Positions 44,601 through 59,600 of a stretch of DNA of 64,000 nucleotides are shown here, piece after piece. Source of the DNA: Negaprion brevirostris. Taxonomy: Eukaryota. The DNA lies in assembly GCA_030324005.1 (NCBI GenBank), contig JARDVH010000140.1:24312175-24376174 (forward strand). Direction: 5' to 3'. A program made the position numbers and the translations under genes. Each line of letters opens with the position of its first letter. Position 1 is the first letter of the stretch. Under the pieces are notes generated by a model that did no database searches, was not told the origin of the DNA, and was given only the letters and a program-made list of their open reading frames with translations.

Positions 44601-47600
44601 GGTGAGGACTAAAATCAGGAGACCCATTGCAGATTAAAAATTATTGCCCATGACTAATTTTGACTCTGTACTCTCTTACAAATGATTTAAAGCATTATTT
44701 CCCATGGACAATTTCAATGAGAAACAAGCAGCTCCAGCACAGCAAGCAGCACTTGCTGTAGTTTTACTTTAGTTTCTTAAAGCTGTCAGGGATAAGTGAC
44801 AGATTGTAACATAATCCAATAAGAGGAAAACCGAAAATGCTGGAACTTCACATTGAGTCAGCCAATCTGCAAAAGAGAAAAGTTAGGTTAGCATTTCAGG
44901 TGTGTTAATGAGAGTATATTTCAAGAAACATTTCCTTAAATCAAGATTCATTGATGTATAAAGCTATCTGCCTAAAATCTTAAGGCTACCATCCCTTCTC
45001 CACAGATGATGGCTGATCTATGACCATTTCCAGCATTTTCTCTTCAAATTCACATATATTTACTTAATAGCTGTACTTTCAATGAATTTCCTTAAAATCT
45101 GAGCTGATCTGTTTGTTTTTTTTTGTAAGCTAGAAGTTTAAGTATCACTATGTAGAGACATAGTGAGTAACTTGACCTGATAAATTATTGCAAAGGGAGC
45201 CTTGTCGTAGATTCTGCTTGCCATGATGTTAGAATTTTCAATGCTTATGTAACAAAATGCTGTCATGAGGAATTTTGTATTGAGGATGGTGTGCAAATTG
45301 AATAAACAATTAAAGAGGAAAGAATTTACAGGGCTTATGGGAAAAGAGCAAGGGAATGGCATGAAATAGGTAGTTCCACCAAAGAATTGGAACAGCTGTG
45401 ATGGGCCGAATGGCCTCTTTTGTGCAGTTTTGCTACATGATTCCATGAAATGCAAGTCGTTGATTAGAGTTGAAATGGTGAACAGGAGAAGAATACTCCA
45501 CTTTGTAAATTATTTATTTCTTTGTTCTTAGGATCTGCATGAAAATGCTTTCTTTGTAACAGATGGGGTTAGCAAAAGTGACATTATCCAGGGAGAGTTG
45601 GGAGACTGCTGGTTCTGGGCCTCTGTGGCTACAATAGCCAATTCCAGAAGACTGATTGAGTGGGTTATTCCAACTGGTGAGAATTTATATTTTTAAAATT
45701 GAGATTTCAGGCTACCATACTAAAGTTTTCTGTTCACAATGTTTAAAACAAAATATAGAGAAGCTTAAGCTTTGCAGATCTGTAGAGACATAGTGAGTAA
45801 CTTGACCTGATAAATTATTGCAAAGGGAGCCTTGTCGTATGATTCTGCTTGCCATGATGTTAGAATTTTCAATGCTTATGTAACAAAATGCTGTAATATT
45901 TTCCCACTTACGTCTCACCCAGGGTACACTGCACTTATATGCAGTGTCACTGACTTCTGATAATGGAACAAATCAAATTTAATTTTCAATGCATGGGATC
46001 TAGGATTCTTACCAACATTTTGGAGATCACATCCCATGATTCCATCCACATTAACCATGCATATCTATAAACTTTGGGGACTTTTAAAAACAGTCGCCCT
46101 TCGGGATGCAGCTAGAGGCTTTTAGATAGTCTTTGGAATTGAATAAACTTCACATTCAAGTCAACCTTGACATTTAGCTTATGATGTCTCCTGGGCTAGG
46201 TTTCAGCCTTGTATTTCAACTCAAAAAACTATTACATTTTCCAATTGAGGTTCAAATATGAATCTTATAACACTCCTTTATCTCTGCAGTATTTTTAATT
46301 AAAATTTTAATTCATTTTAAAGCCTGTTTTAAAATAGCACATATAGGAAATTAATAGTGAAACACCAAGGGTTGAATGTTTTGGACTCTTTAGAACATCG
46401 GGGAGGCAGGGGGGCTGGCAGAATTGAAGCAGAAGATGTTGGAAGAAGAGACTGATGTTTTCTTGCCATTGTGATATTTTGTTGGAAAAGAAGAAAGTTT
46501 GAATAGTCACCGTGCGGCCAATTGAACCACTTAAGCGCAAACTGGCAGCCTTCCCAGAGGCTCTGGAGGGGTAGGGTGGGGGCCTTTCTTTTTGGGCAAT
46601 CTAGGGCTTACAAAAGGGCTCCCAGGGCAATGACTAACCTGACAGCAACAGCATTGCCAATACTTCACAACCTATTCCCCCATCCCCAATCACATGGGCC
46701 TGACTGCCTGGTTCAGCTTCCTCCCGTACAGCCTTAACACTCTTAAGAGTGCCTGACAATTGAGGCATCCTTTTCCTGTATTGTTGCCTCCATCTGATTG
46801 GTCCAACAGCTCCTGAGGTGGGTTGCCATCCTTAATTAGTTGGTGGCCCAGTCAACGTCTGTTCATTGGCTGTCTCTGGCAAAATGTCAGCATGGGTCCT
46901 GCCGCCTGTTGAAGTGTGATTGTTTCTCACTTTCAGCTTTGGCAATGGGACTTGCTGGCAATCAGCAATCTGGTGATATTGCCTTGAAAAGATGGTGGTG
47001 GATGTTCTTCTTGAATTGCTGTTGTGTTAATGTTGTTAATGGGGAATCCCAGTGTTTGATTCAGCAACAATGAAATAATGGCAAAGTTGCTTAGAAAGGA
47101 ACTAGACGTTGATGGTGTTCCCTTTACATGCATATCTTTGTCTTCCTCTGGGACAGGTGACTTGGAGCTAGGAAATGCTGTTGAACTAAACTTGCAATGT
47201 TGCTGCAAAGCATTTTGTAATGAATGCAAAACAGTGGTAGAGAAAGTTTTGGTAGCAGCACCAATCAAGAATACTGTATTCACCTGGACTTTGTTAGTTG
47301 CTGCTTTTGGTTTATACCATTGGTAGGATTTTGCGGTCCTACCCGCTGCAAGACCAAAAATGTTTATCTGAGGTTAACAGATCTTTCAATAGTTTGTCAA
47401 ATTGTCTGTCCTGCCCCCAGTGATTTCTGTGGTGGGGTGGAGGGGGGGTGGTTTGTAATGGAGATGTGAGTGATCCGCCTGGCTATGATGGTGCATGATT
47501 TCAAGATTGATCGCCCACTGTTCCACATGGATTCCCAGCATTCTAATGTTAGACTTGTACTTAATCTATCCCATTAGCAATGAAGTGGAACCACACTGTG

Positions 47601-50600
47601 CAATGGAGGGTGGCAATTTAAGGATGTCAAAATTCAGGAAATGCATCCAACACAGCTAGCAGAGGGAAGAAAATGAATAGTTGTAATAAAAGATGTCCTC
47701 AGAATTGGTGACAGATCAGATTAAGTGATAGGTCTAGAGAAATGTGGATGATATTTACTTTTACCTCTAATCAGTGCATTTCTAATTTTTCTTTCAAGTG
47801 TTCACCTGCAGTTTATTTATTGATGACACAATTCGTCATTATTGCAATTTTGGTTCTGTTATAATGAGGACCTTTAGATCTCTTTCTCTGTCTCTTTCCA
47901 GTCAATTATCTCCTGTTCTTTCCTTTTCTGAAGAGATTGATTCATGATGGAGTTGTTCCACAAGCATGCTTCAGTAGCTTGATTAGCGGAACATCATTCA
48001 TGTGTTGTTCTTGATAGTGAGTATTGAAAAAATATCTACTGGACCTTCACTCAGTGCTCACACTTAAATTTCCAACAAGGATCACTAGGGCAATTAAGAA
48101 TGGGAAGGTTGGCTAACCTTTACCCCTCCCTAAGCCAGAAATTGTAACGGCACCATCCACATGAAATTAATTAACTTGAGACCAAGCGACTGGGAGAACC
48201 ATGTAGATAGAAGGGTTGTCTTAACCTTTACCTCTTTGAACCCAGATATAGCTATGCAATGGGTACTTATCAATAAATTAACAAGCAGAAACCAGCATGC
48301 ATTCCAATATTTATATGTAGACAGCTTTCATTAAGGATAAAAATTAGATAAATGTTTTTCCGAAAAGGCCGCAGCAAAGCTGGTTTGAGATGTTTATCAA
48401 GTACAGAATCACCCCCAGAGTTCAAGGAGAAAACCAAACAAGGAAGAGTTCTTGATGCTGGAAAAGGTAGTTACTAAAGCGTTGCTTTAGTGCATTCAGG
48501 AATCACTGGTACCAAAATGAAAAGTGCTGGTTTGGATTGGTGCCAGCAATGTAACAAAATATCATCATCCCATTTCACTGAGTTTATACCCAATAAAATA
48601 TTCATACTGTTGAATTCATGGCAACAGCAGATAACATGATTACCTGTGAATTATATCATGCTGTTTAAATAGGCCAAATGAAATAAGAAAAATGCTGATT
48701 AGGAATTCTGTCAACAAGCGTTTCAAATCACAACTTATGCATAAATCTCTCACTCGCGGATGTGCAGTAGACTAACATTCAATTTGTCTTTTGAACACAA
48801 ATATGAGTGCATGCAATTTATTAATCATTAACACCATGGTAACCATATGGAACCACTGTAGGAGGCCATTCTGCCCATCACACCTATGTCAGCTTGCAGA
48901 AAAAGCAATCTGCTCAGTCCCTTTCCTCTGCTCTTTCCCCAAACCTTCATTTTTGAAATATTTATCTGCCTCCCTTGTAAAATCTTGCATGGATTCTGCC
49001 TCTATTGCTGTTTCTGATGGGGCATTCTGTACCCCCAAATCCCTCTTTCTAAAATATAAACATCAATCAATTCTTCTATTCAGCCTTCACTCGTTTGGTA
49101 ATCTTAATTTGAAGTGCCGACTCACTGACAAGTGGGAATGCTTTGTTTCAAATTTACTTCATCGGCCACTTCCTAATTTTGATCATCGTAATCAAATCTT
49201 ATCTAACTCTGTTCTGGAGAAAAATGCTTGAGTTTCTCTAGTCTCTTCCCATAAATAATTCTCCCACAGGATATCTTCTGTACCATTTCCAATGTCTTGA
49301 CATCCTTCCCAAAACAAGGTACCTAAAACTAAACATCATAATCCTACTAAGTACAAGCTTAGTATTCTCTCTTTTTTTTTAACCCTTTGCCCTTGTTTAA
49401 GATTACTCTATGACTTACCATAATTCCCTTTACAACTTATATTCAATATATCATTTGAAGTGAGCTGCTTTGAAGATACAGATTGTCTGAGAATAAACAT
49501 ATCTTATATTTGTGGCATGTATATGGTGGCACAGTGGTTAGCATTGCTTCCTCACAGCGCCAGGGAGTTGAGTTCAATTCCAGCCTTAGGTAGCTGTCTG
49601 TGTGGAGTGTGTAAATTCTCCTCATGTCTGCGTGGGTTTCCTCCAGGTGGTCCAGTTTCCTCCCAAAGCCTAAAGATGTGCAGGTTAGGTTGATTGGCCA
49701 TGGGTTACGAGGATAGGGCCTGTGTGGGATTGTTATCAATGCGGACTCAATGGGCCGAATGGCCTCTGCACTATCGANNNNNNNNNNCGAGTATTCTTCT
49801 GAGATGCTAGGCTTCATTTCTGGAGATGCAGGCAGAGAGTGGGTGGTTGATTTTTCTGGAGCATTATGACTCTGATAACAGGACAATATGAGGGTCCTGA
49901 CCCTGTTATGATCAGGTGAGGAGTGAACTGGCTCCCTCTATTCAACCTCCTTGGTTTGTCACAATAAAGGTTTAGGTTTCTTTTTAATGAAGATATGCCT
50001 TTTCCAAATCAAAATGTATTTATATATTTATGCAGTAAGCAATGAGGAGCAAATCCAACGAGGCTTGTTTGGGTCAAAGAAAGAATGAGTTTAATAATCA
50101 CTAAACCGTTATTTTGGACCGAATCTTACAGCTCATTAAAGAGATTTTGTGCACATGAGAATCACATGAGCCTTTGGCGTGTTCCCTCTGATTCGCCCAT
50201 TCCGCACCAACTTAATCCCTGCAATCAATAGAAGCTCTATATAAATGGCTCCCCCCCACTCGTTCCGGAACAACTGCAGGGGATGGCAGCCAAGAAGTCT
50301 GCACTTCACTTTTAGGATGGAGGCCTCACCAGGATGCTGGATGGATTGGAGCAAAGGCGGCCACTCGAGCTGGCCTCTGAGGAGGAAGAGTGTATCTAAA
50401 CTGCTGTGAAGTGAGGGCAGCAGATAGATGTGAAAATCCCAAGACACACTGTGATTTGCCCAAGTCTCAAGCGAGTAATCAATGATCCCTCCATCTCCCC
50501 TGTAATGCACTGATGCCATCTCCCTTCTCTTGCAGGCTTACCAGCTGAACAGTCTAGCTCACCCTCACTCCCCCTGGACCCACTAGACAAGCAGCTATGA

Positions 50601-53600
50601 GGGGGACTTCTCCTGCCCCACCATTGAAAACGCGTCACCACTATCACCCACACCTCGTACCAGCGCAGATACTCGCACTTCTATGGGATCACTAAGTAAA
50701 CAAGCTTCTGGGCCACACACTGGTGAGGACCTCACAGTTGAAGATCCACAGCAGTTGGAGGCAGGGATGTCCCAGGAAATTGGCACACAGAAGAGTGTCA
50801 GAGCTCAGGACTCTGCTGAGCCTCTGGCTAATGACATGTCCCTGGGCCCTGTTGCCCCACAGCTGCTGGAGTGCAGAGGCATCAGGAAGGGATGACAGCA
50901 TCCCTCCTCCGACTGCAAGGCCAACTGGAGGAGTCCCATTGTCTTCTGTCAGGCGAATTGGTGCCATCACTGCATCACACCAAGACCAACACTGTCAGGG
51001 TGGCGTCTGTAGTGGAGACCTTGGCATAGCATGACCACTCGATGAGCAGGAGATGTCCACATCACGACTCAGCTCATGACCCTGTCTGAGGGCATGAGCT
51101 CCATGATGCAGGGCTTTGACTGCATGGTGCAGGCACTGGTGGGAATCGACAAGTGTCAGTGCCCGAAGACGGTGGAGTTCTGGCTCTCACTCCAGCTGCC
51201 CTCCTCTATTCCATGGAGGAGCACAGGGAGCCGCCCCAGGACCCCAAACAGAAAAGGATTCAAGAAGGCAGCTCACCGCCACCTTCTCAAGGGCATCTAG
51301 GGATGGGCAATAAATGCTGGCCAGCCAGTGATGCCCATGTGCCATGAATGAACAAAAAAAAAGGATTGGCAGGAATACCGCCCGGGCCACTCCTGCCAAG
51401 GGACCCTAGGCATCTCCAGCCCATCTGACATTCTCCCTTCCCTGTGAGCAACACATTTCCAGCCCCTGAAACTGAGGACAGCAAATATCCATGCTGCCCG
51501 AAAGCGGGCCTGGACTCTCCAGTTCCCGGCTCACTCCCCACGGGTCACCCACCAAGGTCATCTCAGGCAGTCCTTGCCATGTGTGGAAGTCAGCAGGCCA
51601 CTTCAACCTTAACTGTGGATCCTGAGGATACACCTAGATGTAGCGTGAGGATGAGGAAAATTAAGAAACTGTAGGTACTAAGTAGGCACAGGTAAATATG
51701 GGCACTAGTGTAGATGGGTCACCATTGTATTGAATGCTTGTCATTCAAATTCACTTTGTTCACCCACATAGCTTCCACCCCTGCCTGTTCTTGTCACCAA
51801 GCTTGGGGAAGCACTGTGCTCACCTGCTGCCTTGTCCCCGTGGAGTGTGAGAATGGCAGTGCATTGTCCCTCCCACACTGACAGGAAGGTTGCAGTAGTG
51901 GGGCACAGCTGCTGGTAGCCCCTCCCCATCCCCGAGTCCATCCCTCAATCCCCATCTGTAAAAGGGTGAGCCCCCTTTACTCCCCCACCAAAGCTCAACC
52001 CCTTTTATATCTGGCATGGGCACTGGTGAGGCCGCAGCTGGAGTACTGTGTGCAGTTTTGGTTGCCGCACTTACGCAAGGATATTTTGGCCTTGNNNNNN
52101 NNNNNNNNNNNNNNNNNNNNNNNNNNNNNNNNNNNNNNNNNNNNNNNNNNNNNNNNNNNNNNNNNNNNNNNNNNNNNNNNNNNNNNNNNNNNNNTATTGA
52201 ATGGCGGGGCAGGCTCGAAGGGCTCGATGGCCTACTCCTGCTCCTATTTCTTATGTTCTTATGTTCTTATGATCACATGGCCTTAGTCCTGTTATGCAGT
52301 TGAAGTACTGTTGCAGAGGTAAAAGGAATTATTAGGAGCAATTAGGAGTAAATTGCTAAAGGAAATTTTTCAGATAGTAAGGGGAGTGTCTAACAAATAT
52401 ATCCTAATGCTCACAGGCCAGTATATTACTGGGAAAACTCCTTACTATGGAATCTTTCGTTTCCGATTCTGGCAATTTGGAAAATGGGTGGAAATTCTGG
52501 TGGATGATTATTTGCCAACAAGAGATGGACAACTTATTTATGCCAGATCAGAAGCTGACAATGAATTCTGGCCGTCGCTTTTTGAAAAGGCCTTTGCAAA
52601 GTAAGTGTAATCAATTCCTTGTCAGATTTATGTTTCACTGTTACATAACATGCCTGTACCAAACACACTGTGGTGTGGCGATATGAACAGCTGATATTCT
52701 GCTGAACAGGATCCTCTATTTATACTAATACCTGGAGAAAATGTTCAACAATTTCACTGTTTGATTAATATTGTGTTTGATATATCATATATCCATATCT
52801 ATTTTCCTGTCATCTAGTTGGATTCCTATATCCATGCTTACAGTAGAAATTTCCCATGTAAATGCACCATTCTGCAATTAAGAGTTCCTATCACTAAGGC
52901 AGCACTGAGCTGAGGGGTGAGGTTCTATGTATCATAAAAGGAAGTCCTGCTTACAGCAACATCATAGAATTGTAGAATGGTTACAGCACAGAAGGAGGCC
53001 ATTCAGCCACTCATGGCTATGCTAGCTAATAGCACGAGGAACTCAGCTAGTTGCAGTCCTCTGTCTTTTCTCTGAAATCTTGCAATTTCTTTCTCTCCAG
53101 GTTCAATTTCCTTTTGAAAGCCATTACTGGATGTGCCTTCATCACACTCTAAGTCCCAACCACTCCCTGTGTAAAATGATTTTTCCTCATTCCATCTTTG
53201 ATTCTTTTGCCATTCACCTTAATGAATCAATGTCCTCTGGTTCTCAAACCTGTTGCCAATGTGAAGAGGTTTTCCCTGTCTACTCTGTCTATATCCCTCA
53301 TGATTTTGAAAATTTCTATAAAATCTCCCCCCAACTTCTGTTTTCTCTGGAGACCAATTCAATTTCTCCAATCTATCTTTAAAATTTAAAGTGCTGCTTA
53401 CTTGGCATGTGACCAAGATATCTGGGCGATAACAATTTGGAAACAAGGGCCCATGAGTTAGTTATCGGGGTGAGTAGACTGTGAGTGTAGCTCTGCTCTC
53501 AAACAAGGTTATAGATTTTAGTTTTAGAATAAGCTAAGCGCAGGACACATCTCTTTCAAGCAGGATTCAGTTGAAATTCTGTGCATTGGCTACAAAGAAT

Positions 53601-56600
53601 TAAAACCTCTTGTTAATTGTAAGACTCTTGGCAATGAGTTGGACTTCTAGGAAAAGCCAAGCAGGGAGAGAGAGTTTTAGATGCAAAACTCCAAAGTTAA
53701 GGAATATTAAAACTAGAAAGGTTTTGACCTGAAATGGCTCTGCTCAAGAAGCTAGTGATGCCACTGTGAGCTGGAAGTCTCCAAATATGGGACCTTGGAG
53801 GAGATTAAATGGGGCAACCTTTCTAGTAGAAAGCCCAAGAAATCTCAGTTTTCACTTGAAACTTTGAAACAGTACTGAGACCAGGTTTAATCTTCCAATT
53901 TCTGATAAGTGTCTGACTTGTGTTTTTGAGGTGTAAGTCAAATGAGTGCAGAAGGAAAGTTGAGCTGGGGGAGTTCTCCAGTCGTATCAGATGGCCAGTC
54001 GAAATCTTGTTGGCCTACAGAAAAGAGTGTTGGCCAAAAATTGGTTTGATGACCCATTTACTGGCCCCCTGCCATTAACCTGTCTCTTCAGCAGGAAATA
54101 CACAAGGTGGGCTTTGATGCTGGCAATGACCAGCCTGGACCTGGTGTGCTGGACCCTGAGGGTCCAGGGAGCAACACCAGCTCGCCAGCCAGCAAATGCA
54201 AGAGGCGTTCATCCCTCCACCACTGAAATAACAACACAATGCAGATATGAGGGTGACCCAAATCAAACTCCCTCAACCCCCTTTCACCCTCAGAACCCCA
54301 CTCAGTCTCTTCCCCCCCAGACCCTCATTCAGGGCCCTTTCAGGCCATGCACCATGGCAGTGTCAATAATGCACTGCCCCTTGGCACCCTGGTAATACAC
54401 CTGCCAGGCCAGGCTGCAAAGGAAGAGTCCCTCAAGCCTACCAGAGCTGGTTGGCTGGGGGCAAGGTGTTGATTTCATTCCTCTCCCCTGAGATTGGGAG
54501 ACATGGTTGGATGGCCCTTTCTAGCCCTGGCAGACCTGAAGATCAGCCCCGGCATGATGATTTCAGGTAGCTCTGTGATTAATAACTACATTCCTGCCTG
54601 TCAACTGTGAAACTTTGAAGTGATCTAGTCAATTTAATGTCCATGCCCCCTCAACAGCTGGAAGACTCTTAAATTACAGCAGACTTCATTCTGCAGCAGA
54701 GACTTCTCTTTCTCTCTGTCAGAAGCTGAGCTGAGACCCCTTTGAAATCTTCTGACAGAGAGATGTCAATTTCACTGTGGATGGGTGGGGGGGGGGGGTT
54801 TCCTTCTCCGCAGCTGTTCACTCAACTCCAATGTATTCCCACTGCTTTTATTTGAAATCTCTGAGCCTTCCTAGAAAGCTGAGACCTTTGAAAACTTTTG
54901 ATCTCTTTCAATTTCATAGCACATACTATGAAATAGGCTTTAATTCATAGCTTAATGGATTTCTACTCAGCCTTCAGTCATCTTATTTACCTTTCCCTTC
55001 ACACTTGAATGCATCTCAAGTACCCCCATTGTTCCTAACCACAATGTTTCCAAGACAAACCTGATTGATAGCTGTGGTTTCTTCAAAGGGAATAAATGGT
55101 TTCACTTCCTATTTTGAAGACAAATATCTGTGTTAGCAACATTGTCATTTGTATTCACATTCTTTGATTTTTTTGTGTTGTAAAATTATTGAATTTTGTG
55201 TTGTAAAATTATTTGAATTTTCAAAAGAAAAAGAATATAAAGAAAAATGGTGCAAGTCTTTGCTTTAATTTAGATTAAATAGTATAAAATGAAAGCAGAA
55301 AATGGTGGGAGAACACTGAATAAGTCTGTTCGCATCTGTGGAGAAAAAAAACAGTTAATGTTTTGTGTCCATGTGACTTCTTTCAAGCTGAAGAATTCAG
55401 ATCTTACGGATGGAATCTCTACAGTGCAGAAGGAGGCAATTCAGACCATTGAGCCTGCACCAACAACAATCCCACACATGCCCTAATCCTGTAACGCCAT
55501 GCATTTACCCTGCTACTCCCCGTCATCAGTAAGGGTCAATTCAGCATAGCCAATCAACCTAACTCAGACATCTTTGGACTGTGGGAGGAAAGCAGGGCAG
55601 CCAGGGGAAACCCACACAGATATAGGGAGAATGTGCAAGCTCCATACAGACATCACCTAAGGCTGGAATCGAACCGGGTCCCTGGCGCTGTGAAGCAGCC
55701 ACCATGCCACTCTGTTTCTCTCTCCACAGATGCTCCTGGACCCCCTGAGAGTTCTTCCAACATTTTCTGTCTTTTAATTTCAGATTTCCAGCATCCACAG
55801 TATGTTGCTTTTAACACGTGATTTTATTTTGCCTCTCCATTGTCTTCTCAACCATCAAATCAGTATTCAACGATTGTCCTGTGCAGTTATTTGCCTACTT
55901 CTTTTGCATCATCATTGGATTTTACCTGCAGGTTGCACGGGTCATATAAGGCGATTGAAGGAGGGTGGACACTGGATGCTCTGACAGACCTCACTGGCGG
56001 TGTTGGTGAGATCTACAGGTTTTCAGAATTTGCAGATAGGTACGAGGAACTGTACAACCATCTTGCTGCTGCTTCTCGGAAGAATGCTTTGATGGCCTGT
56101 GGAACAGGAAAGGTTAGACCGGTGATATTCTGTAGAAGACTCATACGAAACGTTAACTCGGTTTCTCTCTCCACAGATGTTGTCAGATCTGCTGAGATTT
56201 TCCAGCATTTTCTGTTAAAGCAAGTTGAAGTTGATCTTCTTCCTAATATTGCTAATTACTTTTTGGAGAGGACCTAATGCTGGCCACAATAAGAGTGGAC
56301 AGGTTTACAAAGGGATGTAAAATAAGCAACACGGAATTGGTTGCTTATTAAACATCTTGCTAGATTATCCATTCCATTGATGTTAGGTGCATTGACTATG
56401 CTAAATTCGCCCTCAATGTACCTGAACAGGTGCCGGAGTATGGTGAGTACTTATTCACGGTAAGTTCATTGCAGTGTTATTGTAAGCCTACTTGTAACAC
56501 TATAATTAAACTTCAATATACAATGAGAGTGCTGTGAAGAGGCACATTTTTGCTCAGCCAGAATCTAATCTACTGGAACTAAGCAATAATAACATAAAAT

Positions 56601-59600
56601 TATTGCATTCATCTTTTTATTTAATCCCAACATCAACATTTCCGGCAAGAATTTGTGTTCTAATAATGCATTTCCAAATGCTGCTTGTAATTTAACAAGT
56701 ACTTCTTGCTGGCAAGGACCCAGCTTGCCATCGTGCTTATTGACAAAGTGTGGGACTCTTCATCGAGATTTTTCCCTTGTGTTTGCTTGGCCTGGGCTGC
56801 CACTGGACAAAGCTCTCTACTGACAGATTAAACCTGAAATATTGGTGCATAATGTAACTGTCAAGGCCAAAGCTAAGTATTTGAGCATAACTCCATGAAC
56901 AATAGCTGAACTGTTGTCATATTTTTTGCAGCACTTTTGACTTACGACTTTCTCCACCTAAATTTTATTCAGGAAGATGAAGGATATGAAAAGCAAGATG
57001 GTTTAGTAGCTGGCCATGCCTATAGTGTTACTGCAGTAAGAAAGGTAAACTGTCAGAACAAAAAAACTGCCATTGTTTCTTATTGCAGAATTAAGTTCCA
57101 CTCCTTTTTATATTCCCCACTCATTAGCCTGTTTCAAGGAATGTGTCACTTTCTTTGACAATGTAATTCTGCATATTTTTGTAAAATAAGTACGCAATAG
57201 ATCATTATATATTGCTCATGGTAAGTCCTTTCATCCTATGAGTTGTCTATCTCTCAGTCGGTGACTGAGTTTCTGTGACACTTCCTGTGTGAGAATGAGA
57301 ATTTTCTCACGGTATCGTTGTGTAATGTCCTGTGGATTCATTTGTCTCTGTCTTCTTCTCCCATCAATGCCTCTCTCTATTCACTTGTATTTCTCCTTCT
57401 CTGCGCCCTGATATTTGACACTATTGATTTTTGTCTGTCTTGAACCTAAGGTATCTCTCCTTTCTTGTCCGTTTCAGCTAATCTCTTTGTCTTTTCATAT
57501 GGGGCGGCACGGTGGCACAGTGGTTAGCACTGCTGCCACACAGCGCCAGGGACCCAGGTTCAATTCTGGTTTCGGTTCATTGCACATTCTTCCGGCGTCT
57601 GCATGGGTTTCCTCCAGGTGCTCTGGTTTCCTCCCACCATCCAAAGATATGCAGGTTAGGTTGATTGGCTATGCTAAATTGACCCTGGTGTCGAGGGATA
57701 AATATGTTCAGTTTCAGGAATATGGCTGCAGGTGGGATTGTGGTCGGTACAGACTTGGTGGGCCGAATGGCCTCCTTCTGTACTGTAGAATCTATGATTC
57801 TAATTTTTATCCCCACTGATATGAGTTGATCTCTTTTCTCTTTCTGTTGTTTGTTTCTTTGTTACCACCTGGCACTCTCTTTCTATGCCCCATTTTCTCT
57901 ACTTATACACAATATTTCAACGTAGTCCCAATTTTAAAATTTTTGTTCCCATCCCCCTACTCAAAATATTTCTTTTTCTCCTTGGCTTGACTTCATTCTA
58001 CCTGCAAAATCTCAGTGTTACCCAGGGGATGTGGAGATGGGGAAGGCCACACACAATACACCCACTCTAATGGGACTCAACCAATTAGAGTCTGACGTCA
58101 CTCCAAATTGTCTGCTGATTCCAAGCCTATCAGCAAATGCAGAGCTATCAGGCTCTGCTTGGTCTCCCAGAACTGTGGCTGGCACACCCTCCCCCCCTCC
58201 CCCGTTGGTCGGGGCCCTGTGCTTAGACACAGTGTGTTTCATTGTAATTCTGCCTCTAGGTGCTGGGCAGGGAGGGATGACGGAGAACAATATTTAGATG
58301 GAGTTGTGGAGCCAAAGGGAAAGACACAGGGGGGCGATTTTACCAAAGAATGAGTGTGAAAACAAGAGAGAATTATGCCCATTTTTGGGCGAGCTCCCAG
58401 ACACTTTCTTATGTCATTTAGAAAGAAAAATGAGACAAAGTGTGATTCTCACCAGTAGGGGGAGTGGATGGAGTCTACTTATGCTGGGAACTCTGCTGCA
58501 GACTGCTAAAGGGTCCTTTTGCTCATATGCCCTGCTCTCCCAGTGTATTGTGTGCAAGAGTACATAATGCATTGGGAATCCGTCTCGGCTGTGCACCTCT
58601 CCAGACATTACACCCCACCCCTATGTTTGCCCCACCCCAATCACGGCCCCCTGATCACCCCCCCAATTTCACGCCCCCGCATTGCTCCCCACTTGATAAA
58701 GCACCTGGTCACTTCCTCAGGACTCCTTGCAATGCTTCTTAATGAGTAAGTTACCTTTTGAGATGTAGTCGCTCGTGTCAGGTTGGCACGTGGAAGACAA
58801 TTGCCCAACAATTTGCTTTTATATGACAATATACTGCAGCACGTTGCAGGGTCATAAACAATTGAGATGACGATCTCAGATCTGTCCTCAGGCCAACAGA
58901 TCTGAAGTATCAGCCAATGCTAATAATTGATGGCTGACACATTGAACATACCAATTGCCAAAGAGGCTTTGTATAACCTTGCACGCAATGGTGTTTGCCA
59001 CTCACATTTCCCTGAATTCAGTACATCAAGGACAAAAAAGCCCTCGGTTATTTGAGCCTGACGACGTGGAAATCCAATGCCCAAAGCTTTGCAATAGTTT
59101 GGGTGAAGTATGCATTAGTGATCTCTCTGTTAGTTGGCATGTGACACTCACGTGTAGTCTGACTTGTATGACTTAGCCTCTCCTTCCCAAAGGCAGTGGC
59201 AAGACCCTGACCTGGGTTTGGTTATACTGACTTGAGAAACTTATTTGATGATGGATCGCTAATAGAAGATGCTCCCTCGAGTTATAAAGCATTGGAACTT
59301 GTTACTTTTAGGTGACATCTGGTTTTGATTGTTTTTGATGTGTCCTCAATCCTTTTATCTTTACAACCCATGAATCACCCAATTTTACTGGTTTAGTTTA
59401 TAACAGTTTATCACACTATATTAAAAACAATCTGATCTGGTTATATGGGTGAGGCCCAAGCATCAGCTGGAATGGCATCTACATGTGTGTCTGTGCCTTT
59501 CTCCACCTTTCTCTTGTCTCACAGCAGAATGAAGGGTTACCTGCTCATCTTTCAGTCTTAACACAATAAAGGCAACTACAATCACAGTCTATCAAAACAT

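Noticed and set aside
55168-55221. 24-bp tandem duplication (and a G-run at 54785-54798)
   Set aside because: Ordinary slippage products with no sign of function.
57503-57570. tRNA-like A/B boxes
   Set aside because: SINE heads, not tRNA genes; no cloverleaf, and followed by SINE body.
58900-58960. IIDG*HI resembling the Harbinger DDE motif
   Set aside because: Single short motif with a stop codon and no supporting frame nearby; family could not be assigned.
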